64,000 nucleotides of DNA from Paraspadella gotoi. Lineage: Eukaryota; Animalia; Chaetognatha. Both the position numbers and the translations under genes were made by a program. The DNA lies in NCBI GenBank assembly GCA_051294375.1, contig CM119269.1, positions 20,285,126 to 20,349,125 on the forward strand. The letters run 5' to 3'. The notes under the pieces were generated by a model. That model was given only the letters and a program-made list of their open reading frames with translations, had not been told where the DNA came from and searched no databases. Shown here piece by piece: positions 38,814-54,549 of the stretch; position 1 is the first letter of the stretch, and each line of letters opens with the position of its first letter.

Positions 38814-41146
38814 GAGAGAGAGAAGAGAGAAAGAAAAAAAAGGGGTAAGTCTGAAGATCGGGCTTACAACCGGAGATCTTAAATCGCCGATTAAGTCATC
38901 GATTGTGATTGCGACTTAGCGATCAAGGTAATCGTCTCTCTCTCTCTCTCTGTCTCGCTCTCCGTCTCTCTCCCGCACTATCTCTTCGTCGCTTTTAACC
39001 AAGATTTTGGTTTCACTCAGTCTGGGTCATTTCGTCTTATTATTCGTCGTCTTGTTCAATTTTCCTTCCATGAAGCCCTGTCGTGAGACCGGTCTCTCTC
39101 ACTCTCTCTCTCTCCTCTCTGCACTCTCTCTTCTCTGCTCTTCTCTCTCTCTCACTCTCTTCCTCTCTCTTCGTCTCTCTCTCTCTCATCCTCCACTCGA
39201 CCTCTTCACGTTTTTCTGTTCGCGTTTTTTTTTTTCTTCTAAAAACTCCTTTCAAAAATTTAAAAGCAACAAATAAACTTTTTACTCTTAAACATTATCA
39301 GAAAAATATTTGGTTCTCTAGTTTGTTTGTTTTGTAAATAAACCTTCTAAGCTACGAAACAAAAAGAGATGGCCCTAAATCCGTAATAGGATATAAAAAA
39401 TTGTTTTAATAATGTCATCAGAGTTATCGTCATTGGCTTCGACATCAGAAACGAAAAAAAAAACCCTAAATTAAGACTTAATAATAAATATTAATAACGA
39501 TGACGACGACGAAGACGACGACGAGGTAAGTTCCACTCACCGGCGGCATAATTCACGATTCACGCTTTCTACCGGAAGTCGTCTATGACGCCCGCGTGGC
39601 CAGAGGCGACCAAAATCTCATTTGCATATGCAAATCGAGTGAGAAAATTTCTGGTCCGTCGTTGGAAGGGGGGAGGAGGGGAAGGAAGATTAGTTGAAAA
39701 CCATTACGGATCAATCGCCGCACGTGAGNNNNNNNNNNNNNNNNNNNNNNNNNNNNNNNNNNNNNNNNNNNNNNNNNNNNNNNNNNNNNNNNNNNNNNNN
39801 NNNNNNNNNNNNNNNNNNNNNNNNNNNNNNNNNNNNNNNNNNGAGAGAGAGAGAGAGAGAGATGGGATGTCAGATTTGAAAAATGACCACTCCGCCGAAG
39901 CATGACGTTGGCGTGGGGGGAGTGTACGTAGAGGGAAGTGTAATAAGAGATTTGGATGTAAAGGCAAAAAAGGAGAACCATGAGTTAAAGTGGGTCAAAG
40001 CACAGTAGAGACCGGAGAAAGTCTTATGAAAAGAGGAGCGAAAGGTGAAGTGACAGTGAAGTCACGAAGAAATGGGCGTTGACGATTAAAAGCGAAATAA
40101 GGGAAAAAGCGTTGCGAGTGTGAAAAGGGCCGCTCGCTTCGCCCCGAGTCGTGGAAATGTTTGTTTCCGCAAACGTAATCGATTCTCAGTCGAATGAGAA
40201 AAATTATAATCCTCATTTTTTTTTCTTTCTTTAACCTCAAGGGGAAAATATCAGGGATTCCGAGGGAAGCCGTCATTATAGTTCCGGTTCTTTTTTTTTT
40301 TTTAAATTATTATTTTCAGAATTATATTTTTTTTTTCTGTGGTGGTTTGTAATTACGCGGTCCTGACGACGACGACGAAAGCGACGAGGCCGAGCAGCCT
40401 TTTGTTTCCTTTGCGACGATAACTTTGTCCCTCGGCCGTTAGGGTTGACAAGTATGTTGATTTTCTTTTCCTCTCTCTCTCTCTTCCCCCCTCTCTCTTT
40501 TGCCCTCTTCTTCTCCGATATTTATGAAGTGGTCACAACGCGGTAACTTTTCCCTTTTGTGTGGAATCGATGTAGCGTTACGAGCTTCTCGCTCTCGTTC
40601 GTTCTCTCTCTCTCTCTCTCTCACGCTCACTATCTATCTAATATCTATGATAACAATACTACAAAGATAATGACAATGAATATATGATGACGCTTAATTT
40701 TTATGAGTTTCATTTTCACGAAATCACAAAAAAACTGATGAACATCACGCCTAAAAAATTTCATTAGTGTCATGCTTGACTCGCAAATTCGTATCGATCA
40801 ATACTCGCTCACCATTGTACTCTCCAGATCTCTGGACATTCTCGCCTTCCGGACACTCTCGAGACTCCCTCAATCTCAGAGCTCTCACAGTTTGAGGACT
40901 CACCAACTCTCAGCGTTCTCTCGCTCTCCCTCTTTCTCTCTCAATCTCTCTCTCTCTCTCTCTAAATCTCACTCTCTCTCTCACTCTCGAACTCGTATCG
41001 GGACCCTTGGTCTCAATCGCGGGAAAATGGATTTCCCTTTTCTTCTCCTTCACGAATTCACTTTTGTTGATTCTGTCAGGCGATATGGAAAATAAATCCC
41101 TTTGAGAGAGAGAGAGAGAGAGNNNNNNNNNNNNNNNNNNNNNNNN

Positions 41147-41386
41147 NGTGGAGGAAAAGAGAGAGATTTCTCTACGCGTCCTCCCTTCTTCTCTCTCAAT
41201 CTCTTCTCTCTTCTCTCTCTCTAAATCTCACTTCTCTCTCTCACTCCGAACTCGTATCGGACCCTTGGTCTCAATCGCGGGAAAATGGATTTCCCTTTCT
41301 TCTCCTTCACGAATTCACTTTTGTTGATTCTGTCAGGCGATATGGAAAATAAATCCCTTTAGAGAGAGAGAGAGAGACGACGAAAG

Positions 41387-41442
<56 letters not shown>

Positions 41443-41446
41443 GAGA

Positions 41447-41486
<40 letters not shown>

Positions 41487-41956
41487 ATTCAGCTGACCGC
41501 GGATTATTTAACAATGAAAATACAATTAAGCATCAATGGCCGATTTTACCAAGAAAAAGAGAAAGAGAGAGTGAGAGTGAGAGGAGAGTGAGAAGAGAGA
41601 TTGCCAGAGGAGCTCGGAGTAGATAAATTTAAAACACGCTTCTCCTTTTTTGTGAAAGTTTTTCGTTTTACAACTTCGAGGTTGTTATAATAACTGTAAT
41701 AACTTCTGGTCTTTCAATTTCGCGTTGGTGTAGTCGTCGTCGTCGTCGTCGTCGTCGTTATCGGCATCTTCAATCCTAATATATCAGTACAACTAGAACA
41801 CGCGTCTCGGTTCTTACATTTCGATTTTTATCGTGACAATTGTAGCCGCTTTTTTTCGACGTCACTACGGTATGAGGTTTCTTTTTTCTCCTCGTTGTCC
41901 TTCTCCTTTGTTGTCGTCATCGCGTCGTCGCCGTCAAAATCTTTAGCATCATCTTT

Positions 41957-41994
<38 letters not shown>

Positions 41995-43073
41995 TCATCA
42001 TCATCATCATCATTCATCTCATAATTATCATTAACATCATCATCCATCATCATCATCATCATCATCATCTCATCATCCTAATTATCATTTAACATCATCA
42101 CCATCATCACCATCATCATCATCATCATCAAGTACCTTAATTACGCAGCTATTCGACATTACGCTAATTTTCTTTTTTTCCGCTGGGCGGAGACGTGAAA
42201 TCAGAGATGAGGACAACATTCACCGAGAGAGAGAGAGAGACTCACGAACTCAATCGTGAAACTAAAGGAGTTAATTTTGTGAATCTGAGACGACGGATCA
42301 CGTGATAATTCGGGAGAAAGACGAGGACGAGTATGACGCCTAAAATTACGAAAGTAAAAATCTAAAATCGTAGGAGCGAAATCTGTAGCGATTAGCACTG
42401 TAAGACGTTCTTATTGGAGCGAATCAAAGACCTAATGTCAATCATTGTAGCGATAAATAACATAAACATCATGCTGAAGAGACGGAGAGGATAAGAGACC
42501 GCCATGCCGCTCTTACGGTTTCGATAGCCCTCATACTTAATGTGTCCAGTGTCCAGTGTCCAGTGTGTCTAGAAGAAGGGGTCCTTTAACCGGCCGGTAA
42601 ATCTTTTGCTAGGACCGTTCCAGCCAGGGCTAGAATACTGGACCATTGAGTTCGAAGATTAAGAGTTAGCTCAGCGCGATATTACGGCGCTCCTGGAGGA
42701 GCATTTGTATCCAAACTAACTACAAAGTTAGCGTAGTACTAGGAGAGAAATATCTCTTTGAATAATCTCAGAAAAGGCTAAACCAAAGTTCATGAAAGAC
42801 TTTATCGATTTCAATGTGGGAGAAGTTGCAATGTGAAGTGAAGAAAGAGGCGGAGAGAAAGGGATGTGTTCACAGACGCACTTCTTAGGCTTTTATTTAA
42901 ACATCGCATTCGAACCTAAAAATGACATGTTCCATAATAAACCAAGAATCAACGAACATTGAACGAACGAATTAAAAAATAAACAAAGTAACGAAAGAAT
43001 GAACGAACTTACCCGAAGTTCGTCGACTGCGGAGTCGCAGATGGACTTCAAAGAAAAGAGAATCGAATTGTGG

Positions 43074-43106
<33 letters not shown>

Positions 43107-43852
43107 GACAATGACAACAACGACGTCGCCGACTAATGGGATTTCCGTTAAAAAGATGAGATGGCGGAACTTCGGTGAAAAGGAAAAAAAAAAGAGATGA
43201 CAATCGAGACGGCAATGCTGATGGCAAAGACAACATCGACCACGTGTGCCGAGATGGCAAAAGTAAATGACGTTGACGACGAGGAAGAAAATGACGAACG
43301 CCGCTTCATTTCAGGCGCCGACGTCAACAACAACAACGACAACGATGAATTCTTAATTTTCTCTTCATTTTTGTTTTTTTGTTTTTTTGCTTTGAACGTA
43401 AAAATTGGGAAAACTAATAATGCACGAGGGGGGGGGCGTTTTTCTATGCGAAATACGCGTCTAAAAAAATTTTAACTTCCATTAGCAATATTCCTCCCAA
43501 TAATATTAATTATAAATAGTATAATTTAAATGTTACTCAGGCAGGCAATCTCATTTTTGGGGGTAGTATTAATAAAAAAAAGTACCTCGCAAAGTTTAAT
43601 CTAAAACTAAGAACAAATAAAATAAGATTAGTATTAGTCTTTGATCAGACGTTAAACCGAAAACTTTTTACTGTGAATTTTTGAAAAGGCTCCATGAAAA
43701 AATAAATTCTTCTGCTCTCACACTTTTCTACTACGTCTCACTCAACGGAAACGATTTTACCTTTTACGCCACAATTGAACGTCAAGTTCGACTCCAGACG
43801 CGATCGTTTTTACGTCACAGATGGCGCGAGACGTTAATCCGACCCAAATCCG

Positions 43853-43891
<39 letters not shown>

Positions 43892-44958
43892 GAAATCGTC
43901 CATTTTGCGGTCGAAAAGGGAAAAATTTTTGCCGACGAATCTGAGTCCGTGAAATCGCTTGGCATTTAGTGAATTCCGACTCTTTCTCTCGCTCTCAATC
44001 CCTCTCTCTTTTCTTCCTTCTCTATTGTGCCTGCCTTTAAGCCTAATCCCTTTCCTTTTCTCTCTCTCTCTCCCTCTCTCTCTCTCTCTCCCTCTCTCTC
44101 TCGCTTTCTTTTTATTCCTCAAGGGGAAAAAAAAGTTCATTTCAGGTGCTTGAAAAGGCAGGAATTTCATTGGTCACAATTTCTGAGGTCTTCTCCCTGA
44201 TTGGTGAAATTGGACGCCGGTCGTTGAAACGAGAACCCAATTCTATTGGTCGAATGATGAAAGGAAATGCGGCTGCGTTGATTGGCCGGTCGAGTGGGTG
44301 AGGACGATTTGTGATTGTACGGTTAAAAGTGATTGGAGATTGGCCCACGAGACGATCCTCCTTGACCTTTTCTCGGATGGGCCCAAATAATTTACACAAA
44401 CCGCAAAACATACAAATTTTTAAAATCTATAAAACCTCTTCGTAATGTATTTCTTTAAAAATATCGGTTTAAAAAAAAAATACCAGAGAAATATTATCTT
44501 ACGTTAATGTTCCCGAGATCTCAAGGCTCATGGTTAGCTAGAGACCAACTGTGGAAAATCTAAATAATTTCCTCAGGACGATCTTAAGACGATCTTAAGA
44601 CGATCAAAAAGAGAGAGGAATTATATCACGCTCATCCACTCTATTTCCTCTCTCAATTCTTCTCTATCTCATCACCGCTATCTATCATCATACAATGCTC
44701 ATCCTCTCTCACATCTCTATCTCACAGACATCAGAATCTCGTATGAACAGGAGCCCCATTGAGTATCAGGAACGAGGCAGGAGGAGAGAATGAGATTTCC
44801 CTTTGGTCCCTGTCTCACGTTCACCGAGTAATCACTTATAATTGATTATGAATTCAATGGAAAGATCAAAGGCTTATAATGTAGAAATAATAATCTCTCT
44901 TTGAGTAGAGATGAGAGGAGAACGACGATTGACGAGAATGAAAGAAAGAAGAGAGAGT

Positions 44959-44990
<32 letters not shown>

Positions 44991-47900
44991 AGAGATGTAG
45001 AAGGAGAGAGGACTGGAGAGAGAGAGAGAGTGCGAATTCAGCGAAACCCACGCCGGATTATTTAACAATAAATACAATTAAGCATCAATGGCCCGATTTA
45101 CCAAGAAAAAGAAAAGAGAGTGAGAGTGAGAGAGATCGAGAATAGAGAGAATTTGTCCACCTAGAGGGGAGCATGCGGAGTAAGAATAAATTTTAAACGA
45201 CAGATAGTCATTCTCCCCTTTTTTTGTGAAAGTTTTTTTTTTCGTTTTACAACTTCGAGGTTGTTATTAAATAACTGATGTTATTATAACTTTCTTCGTG
45301 TCTATTCAATTTCAGAACGTGGTGTAAGTAGTCGTCGATTCGTCGTGGTCGTCGTTCCGCTCGGCGTCGTCAGCGGCGTGCGTCTTAATCGCATCTGTCA
45401 TGCTCTAATATATATCAGTACAACTAGAAACACGTCGTCTCGGTTGCTTAACATTCGATTTTTATCGTGAAATTGTAGCCTGCTTTTTTTTTCGACGTCA
45501 CTACGGTATGAGTTTCTTTTTCTCCTCGTTGTCCTTTCCTTGTTGTTCGTCATCTCGTCGTCGCGTCAAATGCACATCAAATCTTATGGTACAAAATCAA
45601 TCGTCTAATCTTTTTATAAAAGCATTCATCATTATATCATCATCATCATGCATATTCATTCTATCATCATGCAATCATCACCATCATCCTCATCTCTCAT
45701 CATCTCTCAATTATCATTAACATCATCACCATCAATATCACTCATCATCATCATCATCATCCTAAATGTACCTTATACTCATTCGCATCTATCATGCATC
45801 AAATCGAAATCGTATTCGATTCGTTTTTCTTTTTTTCTCAGTCTGGGGCGGAGACGTGTAAATCAAGAGAATGAGGACATAATCACCGAGAGAGAGAGAG
45901 AGAGACTCACGAACTTTCAATCGTGACCAAACTCTTAAAGAGTTAATTTTGTGAATCTGAGACGTACGGATCATTCACCGTGGATATTTCCGGGAGAAAG
46001 ACGAGGACGAGTATGAACGAACACTAAAAAATTAACGAAAGTAAAAACTCTAACAGTCTGAGGAGCGAAATCTGTGCGATTAGCACTTGATAAGACGTTC
46101 TTATTGCACGAATCAAGGACGCTGGTAATGTCATATCATTGTTAGCCGATAAATAACCATAAACATTCATGCTGAAGAGACGGAGAGGATAGAGGACCCG
46201 CCATGCCGGCTCTTACGTTTCGATAAGCCCTCATACTTATTTGTGTCCAGAATGTCCAGTGTTGTCCAGTGTGTCTAGAAGAAGGGGTCCTTTAACTCGG
46301 CCGGGTATAATCTTTGTAGCTAGGACCGTATCCAGACCACGCAGGGCTAAAACTTTACGACCATTGAGTTCGAAGATTTAAGAGGTTAGCTCCAGGCCGC
46401 GACTATTACGCCGTTGCGCTCCTTGGAGGAGATTTGTATCCAAAACTTAACTACAAATTGTTAGGCGTAGTATAGGTAGAGAAATATTCTCTTTGAATAA
46501 TCACTTCAGAAAATAGGCTTAAACAAAGTTCCATTGAAAGACTTTTATAACGATTTCAATTGCGGGAAGTTGTCATTGTGAAGTGAAGGATAAGAGGTCG
46601 AGAGAAAAGGGATGCTGTTTCTACACCAGACAGCACTTCTTAGGCTTTTATTAAACATACAAGCATTCGAACCAAATAACCAAATGTAAACCATGTTTCC
46701 TATAAATTAACACCTAAGAATCAATCGAATCATTGAAACGAACGAATTAAAAATTAAAACAAAAGTAACCGAAAGATATGTACAGAACTTACTCGAACTT
46801 CAAGATCGACTTGCGCGAGTCGCAGATGGACATTTCAAGAAAAAGAGATATCTGAATTTTGTGGACGACGTCTTACGACGTACGACTGACGTAACGCACG
46901 ACAGAGGACAATAGACAACAACGAACCGTCAGCCGGACTAATTGGGTATTTCCGTAAAAAAGATGAGTATGGCCGGAACTTCGGTGAAAAGGGAAAAAAA
47001 AAATGAATGACAATCGAGACTGCAAGATGCTTGATATGGTCAAAAGACAAAAACATCGACCACGTGTTGTCGAGATGGTTCAAAAGTAATATGACGTTGA
47101 CAATGACGTATGGAATTGTCGAAAACTCGCTTAATTACAGAAGCCCCATTCAGGCGAGCCGCGTCCAAACAACAACAACGACATAACATGAATATTCTTA
47201 AATTTTACATCTTACATATTGAATTTCGTTTAATGGTTTTTTTAGCTTATTTGAACAGAACGAAAAAATTGTGCAGCGGGAAAACTAATATTGCGCAACT
47301 AAGAGGGAGAGGCGGAGGGGAGCGTTTTCTATGCGTAAATACGCGTTCTAATTCTAAAATGATTTTAACTTCCATTAGCAATATTTCTCAATATATGGAA
47401 TCACAAATTATTAAATTAGTATAATTTAAATGTATTCTCAGAGCAGTGCAAATCTCATTTTGGGCTAGTATTAATAAAAAAAAAAAGTACCTCGCACCAC
47501 ACCAGTTATTTAACGGACAAATAAATTTAAGATAACGTACCATTGGAGTCTTTGATCTCAGAGTTAAAACCCGAAAACTTTTTAATACGTGTGTAATTTT
47601 TGTTGCAAAAGGCTCCATGAAAAAACTAAAATTCTCGCCTCACACACTTGGATTATACTTATCTCACGGAGCTTTTCTAACAGACTCACTTTACGGAAGT
47701 ATACGATTTTACTTTTAACGATGCCTTCTACAATTGAACGTCAAGTTTCGACTTCCAGACCGCGATCGTTTTAACGTCCACAGATGGCGCGAAGTACTTA
47801 GGGTTAATCGACCCAATAATTTCCCGCCGGCCGGTCCGTCGTCGTCGTCGTCGTCGTCGTCGTCGGAAATCGTCCATTTTGCGGTCGAAAAGGCGAAAAA

Positions 47901-48047
47901 TTTTTGCCGACGACGAATGCTGAGTCCGTGAAATCGCTTGGCATTTAGTGAATTCCGACTTCTTCTCTCGCTCTCAATCCTCTCTCTTTTCTTCCTTCTC
48001 TATTGTGCCTGCTTTAAGCCTAATCCTTTCCTTTTCTCTCTCTCTCT

Positions 48048-48082
<35 letters not shown>

Positions 48083-48600
48083 TTCTTTTTATTCCTCAAG
48101 GGAAAAAAAAGTTCATTTCAGGTGCTTGAAAAGGCAGGAATTTCATTGGTCACAATTTCTGAGGTCTTCTCCCTGATTGGTGAAATTGGACGCCGGTCGT
48201 TGAAACGAGAACCCAATTCTATTGTCGAATGATGAAAGGAAATGCGGCTGCGTTGATTGGCCGGTCAGTGGGTGAGGACGATTTGTGATTGTACGGTTAA
48301 AAGTGATTGGAGATTGGCCGCCACGAGACGATCCTCCTTGACCTTTTTCTCGGATGGGCCCAAATATTTACACAAACCGCAAAACATAACATTTTTAAAA
48401 TCTATAAAACCTCTTCGTAATGTATTTCTTTAAAAATATCGGTTAAAAAAAAAATACCAAGAGAAATATTATCTACGTCTAATTTTACACGAAACAATAA
48501 TGTTCCCGAGATCTCAAGGCTATGGTTAGCTAGAGACCAACTGTGGAAAATCTAATAATTTCCTCAGGACGATCTTAAGACGATCTTAAGACGATCTTAA
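41147..48600. repeat. Direct duplication: 41147-44604 recopied at ~44605-48600 with many small insertions
   Basis: Shared landmarks in the same order, e.g. GAAGAAGGGGTCCTTTAAC at ~42572/~46278 and CATTTCAGGTGCTTGAAAAGGCAGG at ~44138/~48114. The second copy is indel-noisy over most of its length. Confidence 0.9.
44165..44346 (-). promoter_or_regulatory. Cluster of seven co-oriented CCAAT boxes next to (GA)n
   Basis: ATTGG at 44169, 44200, 44209, 44245, 44281, 44332 and 44339. Recopied at ~48145-48318, ~52695-52870 and ~61320-61580. Confidence 0.5.
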
Positions 48601-48622
48601 GACGATCTTAAGACGATCTTTA
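48568..48622. repeat. 11-bp tandem repeat GACGATCTTAA
   Basis: About 5 units. Also at 44577-44605, and inverted at 52188-52215 and 52380-52433. Confidence 0.9.
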
Positions 48623-49399
48623 GTCGTTTTTTAAAGCGATGGATGCGAAGATTCGTTTAGGGATTATCCGCGGGCCGACGAAAGCTCGATCCGTCGTCTT
48701 CTTTGTCGTCTTCGTCGGCAAGTTTCGCTTTGACGGATCATCTCTCGCACAATTCTAAAATCCAACCGCTGCCTTCTGGACAAGGACCCCCCGTGGACAA
48801 TCCCGTTTACTGGAATTTTTTCTTCCGTTTTGGACGATCTCCTGCCTTTTAGACGAACTGTCCTTCAAGACATACTTGACTATTATTCTTGTGGGAAAAA
48901 ATTGCCATCTGTGCGAACAACATATTGTTAAATAGCGAAACTTTTTTTAATCGTCAGGGGAAATCTTAAGGTACGCGTTTTAGCATGAGCTTGTCTCAAA
49001 ACTTGTGAAGCTTCGAAACAACAAACACTCTATCAAACAGCACGGCTCTCCCAATTATTCAATACCAATTCACACGATTTTTCTCAATCCACCGCGTTTT
49101 TTAATATCGAATAAAAAGACGACGTACAAAGATATCAATTAAAAGTTCAAAGGACTAACGAAATTACATTTAAACGTTCAACAACCAAGGTCAAGTATTA
49201 CCCTTAGAACTTTTCCGATGCATCAGACGGCCACCGCCGAAAATCCCCTTTGACCTCGGAAAATACGGGAAGGAGAAAACGCGCGCCGAGGTGTTGGGGA
49301 GATTATCCCGGGTTGGGCGATTGTCGGCCGGATAGGGAATCTCTCTCTCTCTCCTCTTCTCCTTCCCCTCCCTCTCTCTCTCTCTCTCATCTCTCCTCT

Positions 49400-49430
<31 letters not shown>

Positions 49431-49999
49431 CTTTCTATACTACATACATATATATATATATATCTGTCTCTTGTTTTCGTTAAATTCGTCCTGAATCACG
49501 TTTCACTTAAAAGAATCCGTATTTGAAACAAAAAACACCAAAAGAAATTACCGAAGAAATGTAAGAGCGATCAATTTCATGTATTAATTACACATCCTGT
49601 TATTCTTTCTGTGTTTGCATTTTCTCTACACAAACGCTTATATCCTCGACCTCAACGACGACAACAACGACAACAACAAACGACGACGCCAAACACTGGG
49701 AATCGTCAATCCGTCTCAATTTGTTTATGCAAATGAAAACAAAGTGAAAGAAAGGAACATAATCGATGATCAGATCAAACACGAGATAGGAAGTCGTCGT
49801 CGTCGTCGTCGTCGTCGTCAGTCGTCGTCGTCGGATTTTTTTATTTCTTATTTTCCTTTCGTTTTCTTTTTCTTCCTTTTCTTTTTTCCTTTTTTCCCTT
49901 TTTTCCCTTTTGTCGCTCTCCTTCATTCCCGCTTCTCCAACGTTTGATCACCGCAAAGTGATTCGGCAAATAATTCCGCGGATCAGATTGACGATGATG

Positions 50000-50031
<32 letters not shown>

Positions 50032-51361
50032 CCGGTCTGACAACAGCAGGGAAGCTGCTTTCCTTCCGGTCAGCAAGTAATGCTTGCTCTTCTTCTGCGT
50101 CATCACTCGCGAATTTTCCTAGTATTTTTTTAAAAAAGCTTGTCACTCTCGTTAATGGACCGCACTCGTCTGTATATTTTATGATCTGAACGGTGATTCT
50201 TAACTTTCTTTGATTTTATTCACTATTTTGACCTATTCTGCCTTTTATATAAAAATCTTTTCTTCACTCCCTCTCTCTATCTTCTCCTTTCCCCCCCCTA
50301 CTCTCCACCACCTCTCCTTCCCGTCAATCGTCTCCCTTTTCTCTCCCAACCGACGTCCGACCACGCCGGACGCATCTCGAGAGACGGCGACGTGCTTAAC
50401 ACCGGTGGCGTCGATGGGCGTGGCGACCAATATCCGGGTAATGGCAGATGGCGAACCAAAGTAGCCAAAAAAAAAAAGGGTAATCGTGGGAGGAATGAGA
50501 AAATAAGAGAGAGGGAAGAGAAGAGGATGGAAGAGAGGAAGAGAAAAAAAGATAGAGAGAGGGAGTGAAGAAAAGATTTATATAAAAAGGCAGATAGTCA
50601 AAAATAGTGAATAAAATCAAAGAAAAGTTAAGAATCTACCGTTCAGATCATAAATAAGCAAGGACGGGTGGCGGTTCCATAACGAGAGTGACAGCTTTTT
50701 AAAAAAAAAATATAGGAAAATTCGGAGTGATGACGCAGAAGAAGACAAGCTTACTTGCTGACCGGCATAGGAAAGGCAGCTCCCTGCTGTTGTCAAGACC
50801 GGCGTCGTCGTCGTCGTCGGTCGTCGTCGTCGTCGACATCATCGTCAATCTGATCCGCGGATTATTTGCCGAATCACTTTGCCGGTGATCAAACGTTGAG
50901 AAGCGAAAATGAAAGGAGAGGAGGAAAAAGGGAAAAAAGGGAAAAAAGGAAAAGAAATGGACCGACGAAGACGACGACGACACAAACCGACGTTGCCTAT
51001 CTCTGTTTGATCTGATCATCGATTATGGTTCCATTTCCTTTCACTTTGTTTTCCATTTGCATAAAACAAATGAGACGGAATTGACGATCCAGTGTTTGGG
51101 CGTCCGTCGTTGTTTGTTGTCGTTGTTGTCGTCGTTGAGGTCGAGGATATAAAGCGTTTGTGTAGAGAAAATGCAAACACAGAAAGAATAACAGGATGTG
51201 TAATTAAATACATGAATTGAATCGCTCTTAACATTTCTTCGGTAATTTCCTTTTGGTGTTTTTGTTTCAAATACGGATCTTTAAGTGAAACGTGATTCAA
51301 GGAAGCCGAAATTTAACGAAACAAGAAGACAGATATTATAATATAGTATGTAGTAATAGAA

Positions 51362-51421
<60 letters not shown>

Positions 51422-53142
51422 AGAAGAGAGAGAGAGAAGAGAGAGATTTCCTTCCCTAATCCGGCCGACAATACGCCAAATCCCCGGGATAATCTCCCAA
51501 CACCTCGGCGCGCGTTTTCTCCTTCCGCGTATTTCGAGGTGCAAGGGATTTTTCGGCCGGTGGCGTCTGATGCATTCGGAAAAGTTCTAAAAGGGTAATA
51601 CTTGACCTTGGTTGTTGAACGTTTAAAATGTATTTCGTTAGTCCTTTGAACTTTTAATGTAATCTTTGTACGTCCGTCTTTTTATTCGATATTAAAAACG
51701 CGGTGGATGAGAAAAATCGTGTGAATTGGTAATTGAAAATAATTGGGAGATGCCGTGCTGTTTGATTAGAGTGTTTGTTGTTCGAAGCTTCACAAGTTTT
51801 TGAGACAAAAGCTCATGCTAAGAACGCGTATCTTAAAGATTTTCCCCAGACGATAAAAAAGTTCGCTATTTAACATAAATGTTGTTCCACAGATGGCAAT
51901 TTTTTCCCACAAAAATAATAGTCAAGTAATGTTCTTGAAAGGCAAAGTTCGTCTAAAAAGGCAGGATCGTCGCAAAACGAAGAAAAAATTTCCAGTAAAC
52001 GGGATTGTGCGCCACGGGGGGGGCGTCTTGTCCAGAAGGCAGCGTTGATTTTAGAATTGCTGCGAGAGATGATCCCGTCAAAGCGAAACTTGCGACGAAA
52101 CGAGAAGAAGACGACGGATCGAGGCGTTCGTCGGCGCGATAATCCCTAAATCGAATCTTCGCAAATCCAATCAGCTTAAAAACGACTAAAAGATCGTCTT
52201 AAGATCGTCTTAAGANNNNNNNNNNNNNNNNNNNNNNNNNGAATTCTGCCGAGAGATGATCCGTCAAAGGCGAAACTTGCCGACGAAGACGACAAAGAAG
52301 ACGACGGATCGAGCCGTTCGTCGGCCCGCGGATAATCCCTAAACGAATCTTCGCCCATCCATCGCTTTAAAAAACGACTAAAGATCGTCTTAAGATCGTC
52401 TTAAGATCGTCTTAAGATCGTCTTAAGATCGTCCTGAGGAAATTATTTGATTTTCCACAGTTGGTCTCTAGCAACCATGAGCCTTGAGATCTCGGGAACA
52501 TTATTGTTACGATTCGTTTTAAAGTAAATTAGACGTAAGATAATATTTCTCTTGGTATTTTTTTTTTAACCGATATTTTTAAAGAAATACATTACGAAGA
52601 GGTTTTATAGATTTTAAAAATTTGTATGTTTTGCGGTTTGTGTAAATATTTGGGCCCATCCGAGAAAAAGGTCAAGGAGGATCGTCTCGTGGCGCCAATC
52701 TCCAATCACTTTTAAACGTACAATCACAAATCGTCCTCACCCACTCGACCGGCCAATCAACGCAGCCGCATTTCCTTTCATCATTCGACCAATAGAAATG
52801 GGTTCTCGTTTCAACGACCGGCGTCCAATTTCACCAATCAGGGAGAAGACCTCAGAAATTGTGACCAATGAAATTCCTGCCTTTTCAAGCACCTGAAATG
52901 AACTTTTTTTTCCCTTGAGGAATAAAAAGAAGCAGAGAGAGAGGGAGAGAGAGAGAGAGAGGGAGAGAGAGAGAGAAAAAGGAAAGGATTAGGCTTAAAG
53001 GCAGGCACAATAGAGAAGGAAGAAAAGAGAGAGGATTGAGAGCGAGAGAAAGAGTCGGAATTTACTAAATGCCAAGCGATTTCACGGACTCAGATTCGTC
53101 GGCAAAAATTTTTCCCTTTTCGACCGCAAAATGGACGATTTC

Positions 53143-53176
<34 letters not shown>

Positions 53177-53799
53177 CCGACGACGGCGATCTCTCTCTTT
53201 TAAAATCCAACCGCTGCCTTCTGGACAAGACGCCCCCCCCGTGGACAATCCCGTTTACTGGAAATTTTTTCTTCGTTTTGGACGATCCTGCCTTTTAGAC
53301 GAACTTGCCTTCAAGACATACTTGACTATTATTCTTGTGGGAAAAAATTGCCATCTGTGCGAACAACATATTGTTAAATAGCGAAACTTTTTTTTATCGT
53401 CAGGGGAAATCTTAAGGTACGCGTTCTTAGCATGAGCTTGTCTCAAAACTTGTGAAGCTTCGAACAACAAACACTCTAATCAAACAGCACGGCATCTCCC
53501 AATTATTCAATACCAATTCACACGATTTTCTCAATCCACCGCGTTTTTAATATCGAATAAAAAGACGACGTACAAAGATTACATTAAAAGTTCAAAGGAC
53601 TAACGAAATTACATTTAAACGTTCAACAACCAAGGTCAAGTATTACCCTTAGAACTTTTCCGAATGCATCAGACGCCACCGCCGAAAAATCCCCTTTGAC
53701 CTCGGAANNNNNNNNNNTACGCGGAAGGAGAAAACGCGCGCCGAGGTGTTGGGGAGATTATCCCGGGATTTTGGCGATTGTCGGCCGGATAGGAAGGAA

Positions 53800-53886
<87 letters not shown>

Positions 53887-54245
53887 ATACTACATACATA
53901 TATATATATATCTGTCTCTTGTTTCGTTAAATTCGTCCTGAATCACGTTTCACTTAAAGAATCCGTATTTGAAACAAAAACACCAAAGAAATTACCGAAG
54001 AAATGTAAGAGCGATCAATTTCATGTATTTAAATTACACATCCTGTTTATTCTTTCTGTGTTTGCATTTTCTCTACACAAACGCTTATATCCTCGACCTC
54101 AACGACGACAACAACGACAACAACAACGACGACGCCAAACACTGGGATCGTCAATCCGTCTCATTTGTTTATGCAAATGAAAACAAAGTGAAAGAAACGG
54201 AACATAATCGATGATCAGATCAAACACGAGATAGGAACGTCGGTT

Positions 54246-54286
<41 letters not shown>

Positions 54287-54515
54287 CTCACGACGATTTT
54301 TTTTTTAAAATTCATTATCATCTTTCTTTTTTTCTCGTCTCGTATTTCTTTTTAATTTTCTTTTCCTTTTCATTGTATTCCTTTTTTCTTCTCATTTCTT
54401 TTTTCCTTTTTTCCTTTTTTCCCTTTTTCCTCGCTCTCCTTCATTTCCGCTTCTCAACGTTTGATCACCGCAAAGTGATTCGGCAAATAATCCGCGGATC
54501 AGATTGACGATGATG

Positions 54516-54549
<34 letters not shown>

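Noticed and set aside
40900-41380. ~220-bp direct repeat flanking a gap, as LTRs
   Set aside because: Overlapping contig ends on either side of an N gap; no TG..CA ends, PBS or internal ORF.
42400-42900. Complex-looking stretch as an exon or retroelement fragment
   Set aside because: No sustained reading frame or recognisable motif.
48568-48622. CRISPR-like or iteron-like repeat
   Set aside because: Head-to-tail 11-mer with no spacers, in a eukaryotic context with no cas genes.
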